This document shows, piece after piece, positions 31,302 to 42,431 of a stretch of DNA of 62,647 nucleotides. How positions within the stretch are numbered: the first letter of the stretch is position 1; each line of letters opens with the position of its first letter. This DNA comes from an uncultured Leptolinea sp. (GTDB lineage: Bacteria > Chloroflexota > Anaerolineae > Anaerolineales > Anaerolineaceae), in NCBI GenBank assembly GCA_964424035.1, contig CAYRHB010000003.1, forward strand, positions 1-62,647, in the 5' to 3' direction. The notes beneath the pieces were generated by a model. That model searched no databases. It was not told the origin of the DNA and was given only the letters and a program-made list of their open reading frames with translations. The position numbers were made by a program, and so were the translations under genes.

Positions 31302-33236
31302 TTATTGGAGGTTTATCTCAGGCTGTAAAGCCTTTTCCAGCCTGAATCGTTCACCTGTCAGTTCTGACATTTTTCGATAATACTGGTTAAGCGATTCTTT
31401 TTCGTCAACCTGCTGTTCTTCCCAACCTGCAAGGTCGGTCACCAGAAATCGGATGGTGTCAATGGCCTCCCGGATCTTCACCAGCCTCAACCGGTTGATC
31501 GTATCGTACAGATCATCATATATCCGGTCATCCGGGGTGTTATCCAGGTTAATTCCCTGATCAACCTCTTGCAAGAATGAGTCCAATGTTTCCGGCCGGT
31601 TATCGGAGATATAGTCGCGAATGCTTGAATCCAACTGGTTCACCGCATCAGCCAGCAACAGGAAGGCTTCCTGCGATTCCGCGGATTGGAAATCGTCCAC
31701 ACTCAACGCCGGGAACCGGTTGGTTTTTAACTCTTCCTCCAGTTGAGGCAAGAGGTCAGGTTTGAAAAGCAGCAACCGCAGGCAATGATTTTCCAGTGGA
31801 CGCAACGGATTCTTTATTTCAACCCCTGATGGTTGTTCTTTTCGTGAAGGTCTCTGCCGCCGGCGTGCAGGCTGGCGTCTTCCTCCCGTGCCCCCACCCT
31901 GAAGCTGCATCAGCGATTCCTCGTTGACATGCAGCATGACTGCCAGGCGTGAGCGGTAGGTATCCCGCTCAATGGGACTGGCCAGATCCTCGATCAAGGG
32001 GATGACCTGACGGGCAACGTCATCCTTTACTTTGGGATCATTAAGGTCGCGTCCGGCGGCCAGGGTTTCCATGACATGTTGAACAATCGGCCGCGCATCC
32101 TGCAGAATGGCTTCCCATTCTTTCGGATCACGCAAAACTACTTCGTCAGGATCCATTCCCTCTGGGATGGATGTGACCCTGAGGTCAGCTCTGAGGCGCG
32201 ATTCTTCATGCAACAGACCGCGGGCATCGAATATGATCTCGTCACCACGATCCAGAGATTTCCGCGCCACTTCCAATCCACGCATGGTTGCCTTGGCTCC
32301 CGCCGCGTCGGCATCCAACGCGAGGACCATCTTCCGGGTCAGGCGTTGAAGCTGGCGCAACTGGTCTTCTGTTAAGGCTGTTCCCATGGGGGAAACGGTA
32401 TTGGTAAAACCAGCCTGATGCAGGACGATGACATCCAGATAGCCTTCCACAATGACCGCTTGATCCTTGTCCCGAATGGCCTTTCGGGCCTGATCCATAC
32501 CGAACAACAGCCTGCCTTTGTCAAACAGGGTTGTCTGGGGTGAATTCAGGAATTTCGGGACATCATTGGGATCCAGAATGCGGGCTCCAAAACCAGCCAT
32601 CCGGCCTTGCGCGTCGCGAATGGGGATCATTATCCGGTTCCGGAAGCGGTCATACACCCGTTCTTTTTCCGGATTCTCGGAAAGCAAACCGGCTTCGATC
32701 AGTTCATCGGTGGTGTATCCCTTGCCGGTAAAATGTGACATGAGCGTGTCCCAACCGGGAGGCGCATATCCAAGGCCAAATGAGGTGATTGTCTCCGCGG
32801 TTAATCCGCGTTTTGTGAGGTAATCCAGCGCAGGTTTCCCCATTGTGTTCTGGGTTAGGTAATGCTGGTAAAAGAGGACGGTTTCTTCGAGCAGCTGACG
32901 AAGCCGGTTCCGGTGGGCATCCTCTTCCTTTCTTTGCGGTGTTAGCGGTTCCAGTTCCACACCCGCTTTGGCTGCCAGGGTTTTCAGCGCCTGGGGAAAA
33001 TCACAACCATCGCGCTTCATTACAAATTTAAACAAGTCGCCGCCTTCGTTGCACTGGCCGAAACAACGCCATGTGCCCGAATCCGGGAAGACCACAAATG
33101 CCGGAGTGCGTTTGTTGTCATGGAACGGGCAAAAGCCGGTGTAGTTCTTGCCGGATTTGCGCAATTTAACCGAAGGGATCTCGTTTACCAGATCTTCGAT
33201 ATGGATGCGGGATTTGATTTCATCAACGGCTGTCAT
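31302..33236 (-). CDS. dnaG: DNA primase
   Basis: CPFH..CFGQC zinc finger, DRFRNRIMIPI, PKFLNSP, VEGYLDV, LDADAAG TOPRIM. Confidence 0.97.
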   Translation of the reverse strand: MTAVDEIKSRIHIEDLVNEIPSVKLRKSGKNYTGFCPFHDNKRTPAFVVFPDSGTWRCFGQCNEGGDLFKFVMKRDGCDFPQALKTLAAKAGVELEPLTPQRKEEDAHRNRLRQLLEETVLFYQHYLTQNTMGKPALDYLTKRGLTAETITSFGLGYAPPGWDTLMSHFTGKGYTTDELIEAGLLSENPEKERVYDRFRNRIMIPIRDAQGRMAGFGARILDPNDVPKFLNSPQTTLFDKGRLLFGMDQARKAIRDKDQAVIVEGYLDVIVLHQAGFTNTVSPMGTALTEDQLRQLQRLTRKMVLALDADAAGAKATMRGLEVARKSLDRGDEIIFDARGLLHEESRLRADLRVTSIPEGMDPDEVVLRDPKEWEAILQDARPIVQHVMETLAAGRDLNDPKVKDDVARQVIPLIEDLASPIERDTYRSRLAVMLHVNEESLMQLQGGGTGGRRQPARRRQRPSRKEQPSGVEIKNPLRPLENHCLRLLLFKPDLLPQLEEELKTNRFPALSVDDFQSAESQEAFLLLADAVNQLDSSIRDYISDNRPETLDSFLQEVDQGINLDNTPDDRIYDDLYDTINRLRLVKIREAIDTIRFLVTDLAGWEEQQVDEKESLNQYYRKMSELTGERFRLEKALQPEINLQ

Positions 33237-33399
33237 CGTAATTTATTATCGTCGATCATGAACTTTTGTTGCACCATTATCCTCCAAACCCTGATTTTAT
33301 GACAATTAAATTGAGGGGAATTACTTTCTTAATATTCCTTGCAACAGCAAAGTAGCAGGAATAACCAGAGAAAGGAGAGGTTGTTTACTGGTTTACATA

Positions 33400-33430
33400 T
33401 GCAAAGGGCAGCCGGTGGCTGCCCTTTGCA
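33400..33430 (-). terminator. Hairpin after glyQS
   Basis: 14-bp perfect stem TGCAAAGGGCAGCC / GGCTGCCCTTTGCA. The U-tract is weak. Confidence 0.55.
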
Positions 33431-33445
33431 GGATCCATCTCAAAT

Positions 33446-36400
33446 CTAGAAACCTTCAAGAAATGAAAGGTCAACGATCTTCTGCGGCAGGCAGGCGATT
33501 CGCTGAAGCATTCCGAGCCGGTTGGATTTTTCTCCCGGATCTTCTGACATGACCAGCACGGCATCAAAGAACGTATTCACGGCCTGAATGGCCGGAATGA
33601 ACGTGTCAATGAATTCATCAACCGATGTGCTGGTTTTTAGAGCCTTTTCCATGCGAACAATCTGGTCAAAGAGGTCCTTTTCAGACGGTTCTTTCAGACT
33701 TTCAGGGTTGACAATAAATTTTTCCTTCAAACCACGCGTAATACGGACACAACGGGAGAACGCCGGGAGGATGGTACCCCAATCATCACGTTGTACCCGG
33801 GCTGTCAGCTGTTTACAGGCACGCGCCGCTCCGGCCGGATTGGTCCCCTGGTTGGCCAGCACCGCATCCACAACATCAAAGCGGTATCCCTGGTCAGTGA
33901 GGAACCCTTTCAGCCGGCCAATGATAAATTCACGGCAAGCCTGCCTGGATTCTGGAGACATGGCAAGAGGCAAATTTTCCGCTGCCAGTTCCAATCCATC
34001 CGCCAGGTCGAAATCCATATCCCAGTTGATGAGGGATTGCACCAGACCTAGGGCTGCACGGCGCTGGGCGTACGGGTCCTTGGTCCCGGTGGGAGCCAGA
34101 CCGGCTGCGAACAACCCTGCCAGCAAATCCAACCGGTCCGCCAGGCTGACTGCCAGTCCGGCTTTTGTGGATGGTGATGAATCGCCGGTGCTTTTCGGAA
34201 GGTAATGCTCCACGATGGCTTTTGCCACTTCGCCATCCTCTCCGGACCGGCGGGCATAATAACCGCCCATAACTCCCTGCAGGGATGTCATTTCAACCAC
34301 CATGTGGGTGGCCAGATCCGCCTTGCATAAATGTGCCGCGCGGAGAGCGGTCTTTTCCTCCAAGGAGGATAATGCCAGGCTGTCTTTCAGCCCTGCAACA
34401 AGCTTCTCAATTCGACCGGTGCGGTCCAACATGGAACCCAGTTTGAACTGGAAAATAAGCGTGGAAAGTTGTGGAACAAAATCATCCAGCTTGAAGCGAA
34501 TATCTTCGTTAATAAAGAAGGCGGCATCAGCAAAGCGGGCGCGGATGACCTGTTCATTGCCATCTGTGACCGTCTCAAGAAACCGGTCATCGCCATTCCG
34601 CACCGCGATAAAGTACGGAAGCAGTTCACCATCCGGTTTGATAACCGGGAAATACCGCTGATGCTTTTTCATGACCGAGATCAATACTTCGGAGGGGAGT
34701 TTCAGAGATTCGGGGTCAAATTTACCGATAAGGGCGGTGGGACGTTCCACCAGATTGTTGACCTCATCAAGCAGGGTCTGATCCACTTCCGGTTTACCAC
34801 CCATGGATACAGCCAATCGGGAAACCTGTTTTTCAATGATTGACCGGCGTTCCACAGGGTCCAGCACTATTCCCTGTGATTTCAATACCTCGCCAAACGC
34901 ATCAGCAGATTTGACCTCAACCTCGTCCGCATCGCTGAAGCGCAGTCCACGGGTTTTGTTTCCGGCAATCAATCCGGCATACCGGAAGGGTATGATCTGC
35001 GAACCGAACATGGCCAGCAACCAGCGGACAGGCCGTGAAAAACCAGCCTGGCTTTCATTCCATCGCATGGCTTTATCAAATTTTATCCCGGATACAAGAT
35101 CGGCCAGAGCGTCAACCAGTACTTCGCCTGCCAGTTTTCCGGCTTCATGTACTTCAGCTGCCGCGTATCGGCCGCCGTCAATTTCCATGATCTTCAGGTC
35201 TTCAGGCTTTAAACCCTTCCCCCGGGCGAATCCGGAAGCGGCCGGTGTGGCGTTTCCATGAGGGTCAAAAGCGCGGTCAGCTGGCGGGCCCTTGATGATA
35301 CTCGTCTTGTCTGGTTGGCGGGGTGAGAGGGCATTAATCAATACAGACAACCTTCGCGGTGTGCCTGAGACTGTCACGGCACCATGTTCAAGCCGTAGTT
35401 CCGACAGCATGGTTGGAATACGTTCCGTCAACTGGGCCAGAACAGATTGCAGATCGGCCGCCGGAAGTTCTTCGGTTCCAATCTCCAGTAACAGGCTCTG
35501 CGGTTTGTCCGGGGCTGAGCTTCGATCGAGGTCAACACCGACAACCGGCTTTTCCGCATTGATCGTGGAGCTGTCTGCCTTGCCCCAGGGGAAACCAAGT
35601 TCCTCCCGCTGGGCTACATAGGCCTCGGCGACCCGGCGTGCCAGGTCACGCATACGGGAAAAGAGAGCCTGGCGTTCGGTCACGCCCACTGCGCCACGCG
35701 TGTCAAGGATGTTGAACGTGTGGGAACATTTCAACACATAATCGTGGGCAGGCAACACCAACCCCTGTTCCAGGGACGCATTCGCTTCCGCTTCGAACAG
35801 GTTGTACATCTGGCGGAGCCGTTCCACATCTGCAATTTCGAAATAGTATTTGCTATGCTCCCGTTCAGCCTGGAGATTGACCTCGCCATATTTCCGGTCA
35901 GCGCTCCATTGGATCTCACGGAAACTGCGGACCTTTTGCAGGGCAATCGCGATCCGTTCCAATCCATATGTGATCTCAACGGCATTTGGATCCAACACCA
36001 GTCCCCCGGCCTGCTGGAAATAGGTAAATTGCGTGATTTCCTGACCATCCAGCCAGACTTCCCAGCCCAATCCCCAGGCGCCCAGCGCCGGTGATTCCCA
36101 GTTGTCTTCCACAAACCGGATGTCATGCTCTGCCGGGTCAATACCCAGAGCGCGCAATGAATCGAGGTACAACTCCTGCGGGTTGCCCGGGTCAGGTTTA
36201 AGAATGACCTGGAACTGGTAATGCTGCTGCAGACGGTTGGGGTTTTCTCCATAGCGACCGTCATCCGGGCGAATGGATGGTTCTACATATGCCACATTCC
36301 AGGGTTCCGGACCCAGCACGCGCAGATAGGTGGCCGGATTCATGGTTCCCGCACCCACCTGAGTGTAATAAGGCTGCCAGACAAGGCATCCTTTTTCAGC

Positions 36401-36454
36401 CCAGAATTTCTCCAGGGTAAGCATAATCGATTGAAAATCGAGAGGTTTGGACAT
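33446..36454 (-). CDS. glyQS: Glycine--tRNA ligase, fused alpha+beta subunits
   Basis: Alpha part: [33 protein letters not shown]. Beta part: [30 protein letters not shown]. One 1002-aa ORF. Confidence 0.96.
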   Translation of the reverse strand: MSKPLDFQSIMLTLEKFWAEKGCLVWQPYYTQVGAGTMNPATYLRVLGPEPWNVAYVEPSIRPDDGRYGENPNRLQQHYQFQVILKPDPGNPQELYLDSLRALGIDPAEHDIRFVEDNWESPALGAWGLGWEVWLDGQEITQFTYFQQAGGLVLDPNAVEITYGLERIAIALQKVRSFREIQWSADRKYGEVNLQAEREHSKYYFEIADVERLRQMYNLFEAEANASLEQGLVLPAHDYVLKCSHTFNILDTRGAVGVTERQALFSRMRDLARRVAEAYVAQREELGFPWGKADSSTINAEKPVVGVDLDRSSAPDKPQSLLLEIGTEELPAADLQSVLAQLTERIPTMLSELRLEHGAVTVSGTPRRLSVLINALSPRQPDKTSIIKGPPADRAFDPHGNATPAASGFARGKGLKPEDLKIMEIDGGRYAAAEVHEAGKLAGEVLVDALADLVSGIKFDKAMRWNESQAGFSRPVRWLLAMFGSQIIPFRYAGLIAGNKTRGLRFSDADEVEVKSADAFGEVLKSQGIVLDPVERRSIIEKQVSRLAVSMGGKPEVDQTLLDEVNNLVERPTALIGKFDPESLKLPSEVLISVMKKHQRYFPVIKPDGELLPYFIAVRNGDDRFLETVTDGNEQVIRARFADAAFFINEDIRFKLDDFVPQLSTLIFQFKLGSMLDRTGRIEKLVAGLKDSLALSSLEEKTALRAAHLCKADLATHMVVEMTSLQGVMGGYYARRSGEDGEVAKAIVEHYLPKSTGDSSPSTKAGLAVSLADRLDLLAGLFAAGLAPTGTKDPYAQRRAALGLVQSLINWDMDFDLADGLELAAENLPLAMSPESRQACREFIIGRLKGFLTDQGYRFDVVDAVLANQGTNPAGAARACKQLTARVQRDDWGTILPAFSRCVRITRGLKEKFIVNPESLKEPSEKDLFDQIVRMEKALKTSTSVDEFIDTFIPAIQAVNTFFDAVLVMSEDPGEKSNRLGMLQRIACLPQKIVDLSFLEGF

Positions 36455-36636
36455 TAGAACTCCAGATAATTACTGTATTGGCAGGCAATTATACCGCTCG
36501 AATTATCGGGAAAAGCCGGCAAAACTTATTAATTCTAGAAATTATTACGCTTTCCTTAAATTTCCTTATACCACTTGCATAAAGCCATTTCATTTTGTCA
36601 TAATTAGCCGTACGCGTCAAAAATTAAGGAGGAAAT

Positions 36637-37143
36637 ATGAAACGCAGTAAGACCTTATTTATTTCATTGGCAAGCTTGATGTTGATCGCCAGTCTGGCAG
36701 CCTGTGGTGGTGGCGCCCAACCAACAGCAGCAGCCGAACCCGTGAAACAGGAAGCCGTTGAACCCACGGCTGTACCGGAAAAAGCTGAACCAACCGAAGT
36801 ACCGCCAGCCGAACCCGCCCAACCGGCTGAACCCGCCGCAGCCGCACCGGCTGTGGATCCCAAATTCCCAGTTCCGCCAAACGCCAAAATTGTGATGAGC
36901 AATGATCAACTGGTGATTGCGTCGGTTGATATGTCCATGGAAGACACCATCAAGTTTTACCGCGATGACGCAGCTTCCAAAGGTTGGACTGAATATGAAC
37001 TTCTTACGACCATCACGGACAATGTCTTCAGTATGGCTTTCCGTGTTCCTGACCAGGCGGAAGAACTGGTTGTGCAGGGCACAGTGATTGATGAACATAA
37101 CCTTACCCTGAATGTGCGGTACGAAGAAACCGATGTGAACTAG
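36637..37143 (+). CDS. Lipoprotein with Pro/Ala/Glu-rich linker
   Basis: Lipobox LAAC, AEP repeats and a small globular C-terminal domain. AGGAGG RBS. Confidence 0.8.
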   Translation: MKRSKTLFISLASLMLIASLAACGGGAQPTAAAEPVKQEAVEPTAVPEKAEPTEVPPAEPAQPAEPAAAAPAVDPKFPVPPNAKIVMSNDQLVIASVDMSMEDTIKFYRDDAASKGWTEYELLTTITDNVFSMAFRVPDQAEELVVQGTVIDEHNLTLNVRYEETDVN

Positions 37144-37146
37144 ATC

Positions 37147-37178
37147 AAAAAAGGGAGGCTCAAGCCTCCCTTTTTTTT
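37147..37178. terminator. Bidirectional terminator overlapping the recO stop
   Basis: AAAAAAGGGAGGC-TCAA-GCCTCCCTTTTTTTT. Confidence 0.8.
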
Positions 37179-37930
37179 CGCACTTCATTGAGAAAGTCAG
37201 GTGTATTTAACCGCCTTTCCAGCAGGAACGTGTTGTAATACTGAAGTATGGATTCAACTTCGCGTTCAACCAGCGGGGAAGGGACAGCCTGAAGCAGGCG
37301 CGAATAAGCTGTCCGTTGGAAATTGCGGATATATTTCAACGATTCCATGGTTATAGGCCGGGCGTCAGGAACCAGGTGGGCACACTTCGGGCAAACAGCC
37401 CCACCCTGCACAGCAGAAAAAAACTGGTCTTGCGGTTGTATCTCTTCCCTGCAATGCACGCAATTGAATAGTTGCGGCCGGAAACCGACCATGTCCAACA
37501 TATGAAGTTCAAAATAATGAATGGCGGTAAAAATTGGATCTCCGCGTGACAGCCGTTCCAGGGTTTCCACAAGAAGTTGATACAAATTCCGGTTTTCACC
37601 TTCTTCGTATGAAAACCGGTCAACCAATTCCAATACGTATGCCGTCTCACCGGTGAGGATCAGATCTTCATGCAGCGGGAGGAAAAGGTCCAGGGCAACA
37701 GCCTGGGTGACGATCCATAAATCACGGGAACGCGAAAGCATCAGGCTGACGCGTGTGAAAGGTTCAAGATGCCCGGCTTTTCTGGAATGGATACGACGGA
37801 CACCTTTAGCCACTGCCCGAATGATCCCTGCTTCGCGGCTGAAAAGGGTCAACAGACGGTCCGCCTCCCCAATTTCCGCGTGACGGAGGACGATCGCCTC
37901 AGTTTTTAGAGATCGTTCAAATGAGGGCAC
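37160..37930 (-). CDS. recO: DNA repair protein RecO
   Basis: EAIVLR...GEADRLLTLFSRE.G...AVAKGVRR, plus zinc finger CVHC...GGAVCPKC. Confidence 0.95.
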   Translation of the reverse strand: MPSFERSLKTEAIVLRHAEIGEADRLLTLFSREAGIIRAVAKGVRRIHSRKAGHLEPFTRVSLMLSRSRDLWIVTQAVALDLFLPLHEDLILTGETAYVLELVDRFSYEEGENRNLYQLLVETLERLSRGDPIFTAIHYFELHMLDMVGFRPQLFNCVHCREEIQPQDQFFSAVQGGAVCPKCAHLVPDARPITMESLKYIRNFQRTAYSRLLQAVPSPLVEREVESILQYYNTFLLERRLNTPDFLNEVRKKREA

Positions 37931-37933
37931 TTT

Positions 37934-38344
37934 TCAGCTTAATTGAAACTGTCCCGGATCAAATGCCTCGGGAAGCAGTTCGGCCAGGGTGGTTTCCCGC
38001 AGAAGTTCGCCTTCAGGGCTGCCGATCAGAACAACCATATCCTGGCTGAATTCAGCCAGCACCTGCCGGCAGGCGCCGCAGGGTGTTCCGGCATTTGGGG
38101 TGACAACCGCCACTGCCATGAAGAGCTTTTCACCTTCTGACACAGCTTTAAAAACCGCTGTACGCTCCGCACAAATACCATTTGGATAGGAAATATTCTC
38201 AATATTTACACCGGTATAGATCTTTCCTGTTGATGTGAGCAAAGCCGCTCCAACAGGATATTTGGAATAAGGCGCATACGCGAATTTTCGAACTTGTGCC
38301 GCCTGCCTGCAAAGTGTTATTTTCATTGCCTGATCCAATGCCAT
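37934..38344 (-). CDS. cdd: Cytidine deaminase
   Basis: AYAPYSKYPVGAAL, NIEN, CAERTA, PCGACRQ. Confidence 0.95.
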   Translation of the reverse strand: MALDQAMKITLCRQAAQVRKFAYAPYSKYPVGAALLTSTGKIYTGVNIENISYPNGICAERTAVFKAVSEGEKLFMAVAVVTPNAGTPCGACRQVLAEFSQDMVVLIGSPEGELLRETTLAELLPEAFDPGQFQLS

Positions 38345-38346
38345 AA

Positions 38347-39591
38347 CTAAACCTCCGTGTCTGAATTATCTTCCTTTTCATGAAGGTGCAGCTTGCGGAT
38401 CCTGCGACCGCTGACCTGTTCAACCTGAACCTGCCAACGCTCAAGCTCCAATTTCTCTCCACCCACCGGCATCTTTCCCATCATGGCCACAACATAGCCA
38501 CCGATGGTCTCTGCCAGATCGGGTGTAAGTTGTGTTTCAAATACAGAATTAAATACTTCCAGGTCCATCCAACCCTGAACAAGAAAATACCCTTCACCCA
38601 GCTGCTGGTAGGGCAACTCTTCTGCCGGGTCATATTCATCACGAATCTCGCCAATGATCTCCTCGAGAATATCCTCCAGTGTGACCAGGCCGGCCAAACC
38701 GCCGTATTCATCCACTACCATGGCGATATGAATACCCCGCTCCTGCATCTCACGCAGGAGTTCATCCACCTTTTTCGTTTCGGGAACAAAGAACGCTTCG
38801 CGCAACAATCCGGCCAGAGACCGCTGTTGCGCCTGTTCGTCTGTATGCTGGAGCAGATCCTTGGCATACAGGATTCCCACCACATTATCAAGGTCGTCTT
38901 CATATACCGGGATGCGGGAATGCCCGGTTCGGATAAAAGCTGAGATCGCTTCGCTGATCGGTGTGTTGATCTCCAACGCCCGTACATCAACGCGCGGCAC
39001 CATGACCTCACGGCAAAGAATGTCGCCAAATTCAAAGATCGACTGGATCATTCGCCGTTCTTCGGGTTCAAGTCCGCCGGTCTCATTGGCCGCTGCCGCC
39101 CACGTCTTCAGTTCTTCGGCTGTCACCGGTGTCAACCCCGGTTCTTCCCCCGGGGTGACAACCTTGATCGGTCGTGAATATGACGCCAATGGCCGGTTAA
39201 GGATGACCACCAGCCGGCTGATAAATTGCAGTCGCGCCAGCCAGCGGTCCGGTTGCCGCGCCACCAGTACCGTGGTCAATGTTTCAAGAAAATTTACCAG
39301 AGCCGCCCCAACAAGCGCAGCCAGAATAATGGACCACCAGAAGAAGAATTGAAGCGAAACGAGCAAACCGGCCATCAGAGCAGCCAGCAGAAAATGCAAA
39401 AAACTTCGGAAAACGTGCAGGGCGAAAATGGTTTCATCAGCCCCGCGTGTCAGGCTGATCACTGAATCCGATTTCGTAGAGCCGTCATTCACAGCGAAGA
39501 CGCTGGCGGATGATTCGGCAGACAATGTCGCGCTGACTATCAAGTCAGCGACCAGGGCGGCAATTAATCCAATACAAAAAGGTTCAATCAC
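38347..39591 (-). CDS. Hemolysin/CorC-family CNNM-CBS domain protein
   Basis: N-terminal TMs, EVMVPRVD, GHSRIPVY, VVDEYGG.AGLVTLEDILEEIIGEIRDEYD, and a CorC domain. GTG start overlaps the glmU stop. Confidence 0.9.
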   Translation of the reverse strand: MIEPFCIGLIAALVADLIVSATLSAESSASVFAVNDGSTKSDSVISLTRGADETIFALHVFRSFLHFLLAALMAGLLVSLQFFFWWSIILAALVGAALVNFLETLTTVLVARQPDRWLARLQFISRLVVILNRPLASYSRPIKVVTPGEEPGLTPVTAEELKTWAAAANETGGLEPEERRMIQSIFEFGDILCREVMVPRVDVRALEINTPISEAISAFIRTGHSRIPVYEDDLDNVVGILYAKDLLQHTDEQAQQRSLAGLLREAFFVPETKKVDELLREMQERGIHIAMVVDEYGGLAGLVTLEDILEEIIGEIRDEYDPAEELPYQQLGEGYFLVQGWMDLEVFNSVFETQLTPDLAETIGGYVVAMMGKMPVGGEKLELERWQVQVEQVSGRRIRKLHLHEKEDNSDTEV

Positions 39592-40948
39592 TTTTTTCCA
39601 CTTTTCGGTGCGGCCGGGCCGGCACTCCGACCACCACTTCCCCGGCCGGAATATCATGCGTGACCACGGATCCCGCGCCTGTGCGGGCATTCTCCCCAAT
39701 ATTGAGGGGAGCCACCAGCATGGTGTCTGAGCCGATAAATACGTTGGCGCCAATGACCGTCGGATTCTTGTTCACACCATCAAAATTACAGGTAATGGTA
39801 CCGGCTCCGATATTTGTATTATCGCCTATATCAGCGTTCCCAATATAGGAGAAATGACCCATTTTTACACCCGGATGTAGGGTTGAGTCCTTCACCTCTC
39901 CAAAATTGCCCATATGGACGCCTTCCATCAAATGAGCGCCTTTTCGCAGGTGGGCAAAAGGCCCCATACTCACATGATCTTCCACTACAGCCTGTTCGAT
40001 CACCGCAGCCAGAATGGTGCATTGGCTGCCAATCTTTGAATCTTCGATAATACAATTTGGTCCTATATTTGTTCCTTCGCCGATGACCGTATTACCACGC
40101 AGGTGGGTGTTGGGGCCAATGGTTGAATCCCGGCCTATCTTGACCATGGGGCCAATATACGTGGATGCCGGATCGGTAATGGTGACCCCGAATTCCATCC
40201 ACTGGTAGTTGATCCTCTGGCGAAGCAGGGCTTCCGCTTCCGCCAGGTGTACACGGGTATTGATACCAACGGCTTCAGAGAAATCATCCAACACATTTGC
40301 CTGGACAGTTTTTCCATCTTCACGGGCAATAGCTACCACGTCTGTCAGGTAATATTCGCCTTTGGCAGAGACTTTCACCCTTTTCAGAGCTCCCCATAAC
40401 CATTCGGCGTCAAAACAGTAAATGCTCAGGTTCAATTCGTGAATGCCCAACTGTTCCGGTGTGCAGGCAGCTTCTTCCACAATGGCCTGAACGGAACCAT
40501 CCGCTGCCCGAATGATGCGGCCAAACCCATGCGGATCATCCGCGAAACCGGTCAACATGGTAACCGGCCCGGTGTTGGCCATCTGAGCATCTACCAGATG
40601 TTTCAATGTTGCGGGTCGGATAAGGGGCATATCTGCCGTGGTTACGATGAGCAATCCGGCTTCCGGCTTCAATAACTGCTCGGCTGTCATCACAGCATGG
40701 GCTGTGCCGAGCTGGGGTTGCTGGACAACAAAACGGGCGGCGTCTCCCACTGCCATCCGCACAGATTCGGCTCCATGACCGATCACCACGACCGGCGGAT
40801 TGGCGGTAAGGTCCCTGACGGCATCCAGGGAATATTGAATAAGCGGACGCCCGGAAAGGGGGTGCAGTACCTTTGGCAGATTGGAACGCATCCGGGTTCC
40901 CTGTCCTGCCGCCAGAATGACCGCCGAAAAAATTGGAGATTTATCCAT
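39584..40948 (-). CDS. glmU: Bifunctional UDP-GlcNAc pyrophosphorylase / GlcN-1-P acetyltransferase
   Basis: ILAAGQGTRMRSNLPKVLH, QLGTAHA, GEYYLTD, hexapeptide repeats, NIGAGTITCNFDG. Confidence 0.96.
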   Translation of the reverse strand: MDKSPIFSAVILAAGQGTRMRSNLPKVLHPLSGRPLIQYSLDAVRDLTANPPVVVIGHGAESVRMAVGDAARFVVQQPQLGTAHAVMTAEQLLKPEAGLLIVTTADMPLIRPATLKHLVDAQMANTGPVTMLTGFADDPHGFGRIIRAADGSVQAIVEEAACTPEQLGIHELNLSIYCFDAEWLWGALKRVKVSAKGEYYLTDVVAIAREDGKTVQANVLDDFSEAVGINTRVHLAEAEALLRQRINYQWMEFGVTITDPASTYIGPMVKIGRDSTIGPNTHLRGNTVIGEGTNIGPNCIIEDSKIGSQCTILAAVIEQAVVEDHVSMGPFAHLRKGAHLMEGVHMGNFGEVKDSTLHPGVKMGHFSYIGNADIGDNTNIGAGTITCNFDGVNKNPTVIGANVFIGSDTMLVAPLNIGENARTGAGSVVTHDIPAGEVVVGVPARPHRKVEKSD

Positions 40949-41008
40949 GTTTCACCCGTTAAGACAAAAATGCCCCGCGGCACCCGCGAAGCGCTGATGG
41001 AAATTGCA

Positions 41009-41082
41009 TGGCTGGGGCGCCTGGATTCGAACCAAGATCCACAGATCCAAAGTCTGGTGTGCTGCCATTGCACTACGCCCCA
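41009..41082 (-). tRNA. tRNA-Gln (TTG)
   Basis: TGGGGCGTAGTGCAATGGCAGCACACCAGACTTTGGATCTGTGGATCTTGGTTCGAATCCAGGCGCCCCAGCCA: acceptor stem, anticodon TTG, GGTTCGAATCC T-arm and encoded CCA. Confidence 0.95.
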
Positions 41083-41166
41083 ATTCAGCCGGGTTACCCG
41101 GTAGGCTGGATTTTATCACAAGTTTGGAAAGCTCGGTTGGCCTGAGTATGATGATCTCTGGAGGTA

Positions 41167-42411
41167 CTATTTATCTTCTTTATCCGGTGGAAAGAGCCCC
41201 AAACTCGCTGCTTTATCAAAATCGATCGTATCTGGAAGTACCGCCCCGTTCCCCCCACCCGGTTCAGCGTCCCAGAATGCATCGGCTTCCTTGCGTTCTA
41301 CTTTTTTACCGGAGCCTTCCTGGGGCAGTTTTAATTCATCGGTATGCATGGGTTTATTTATTCCTTTTTCCAGCCCGAATCCACCGGATGATGGTTGAGG
41401 TTGATCCGGATCGGGTAATTGCGACAGCATATTCAGAATAAATTGCAAGCTGCCCCTGGATGTATACAGGGCTTTTGATACGCCTGCCGCTTCTGCCGGC
41501 TGAACTCCGGCAGGGAAAAACAACCAGATGAAGAAACGGCTGATGTGTGCCATGAAGATGTCTGACGCATGGGATGAAAACGTCACCATGCCCAGGGAAG
41601 TCGCATCATCCGGCTTATGATCCATTTTTTCCAGCGCACTGACAAGGCTTGAACACCCATTGATAAGCGGAGTTGGAAGGTCAAATCCTTCAGTCGATCC
41701 ACCACGAAACAAAACATGGCCAGAGAGTGTGGTAATGGCAACCGCTTCGGCATCGCAATCCTTCATCAGACGGGTCAAGCGTTGTTCCATATCCCGGGTG
41801 ATGGTGGCATCGTCCGGTGAATTGCCATCCGCTTTCTTCTCCGGTTTCGGTGCAGCAGCTTTCGTCGATGGAGTGGAGGGCGCTTTTACCGGAGTCTGTT
41901 CCGCGGATGAGGCTTCCGCCTTTTTTCTATCCGGTGATTGCTCTTCCATTTCCGGCCGGGGTGTGAGCGGCATGGTGACCTTGGTCGAAATGGGGGATTC
42001 TTTCGCAGGTTTGGTCTCCGGTTCGACCATGTCGCGGCTGAGATCGGAGAGCATGTTGTCGATCTTTGTCAACAGCAAGGGCATTTCCACCGGTTTCCGG
42101 TAGAACGCGTCAACACCCGCCGCACGGGTGCGGTCATCCAATCCGGCTTCCGCCAATCCGGAAACTGCAATGATCTTAATACGGGGGAAACGTGCCCGAA
42201 TGCGCCGAACCAGTTCAGTTCCCGATATCCCCGGCAACCGCAGGTCTGTAATGACCAGGTCAAACCGGGTTTTTAATGCTTCAAGCCATGCTTCTTCACC
42301 AGACAGGTAAACGGTGACCTGAAGGGGAATATCCAGGGTTGATAAAGCATCTTTGACAAGATTGGCGAATTCGGGTGCGTCATCAACGATGAGGATGCGC
42401 CGGGTTTGCAT
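41167..42411 (-). CDS. Response regulator (REC + Pro-rich linker + roadblock/LC7-like domain)
   Basis: ILIVDD, VITDLRLP, FYRKP receiver motifs. C-terminal LTRLMKDCDAEAVAITTLSGHVLF resembles roadblock folds (inference). Confidence 0.8.
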   Translation of the reverse strand: MQTRRILIVDDAPEFANLVKDALSTLDIPLQVTVYLSGEEAWLEALKTRFDLVITDLRLPGISGTELVRRIRARFPRIKIIAVSGLAEAGLDDRTRAAGVDAFYRKPVEMPLLLTKIDNMLSDLSRDMVEPETKPAKESPISTKVTMPLTPRPEMEEQSPDRKKAEASSAEQTPVKAPSTPSTKAAAPKPEKKADGNSPDDATITRDMEQRLTRLMKDCDAEAVAITTLSGHVLFRGGSTEGFDLPTPLINGCSSLVSALEKMDHKPDDATSLGMVTFSSHASDIFMAHISRFFIWLFFPAGVQPAEAAGVSKALYTSRGSLQFILNMLSQLPDPDQPQPSSGGFGLEKGINKPMHTDELKLPQEGSGKKVERKEADAFWDAEPGGGNGAVLPDTIDFDKAASLGLFPPDKEDK

Positions 42412-42431
42412 GGTTTAATTATATCTGTAAG

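Noticed and set aside
33446-36454. GlyQ-GlyS fusion as a novelty
   Set aside because: Fused glycyl-tRNA synthetase is already known in chlamydiae, plant organelles and some other bacteria.
36455-36636. T-box riboswitch upstream of glyQS
   Set aside because: No T-box consensus or terminator/antiterminator is visible; this is a short AT-rich divergent promoter region.
41009-41082. tRNA-Gln as attachment site for the phage-like element
   Set aside because: It is 15.6 kb away with core genes in between. I see no duplicated tRNA 3' end or integrase near the module.
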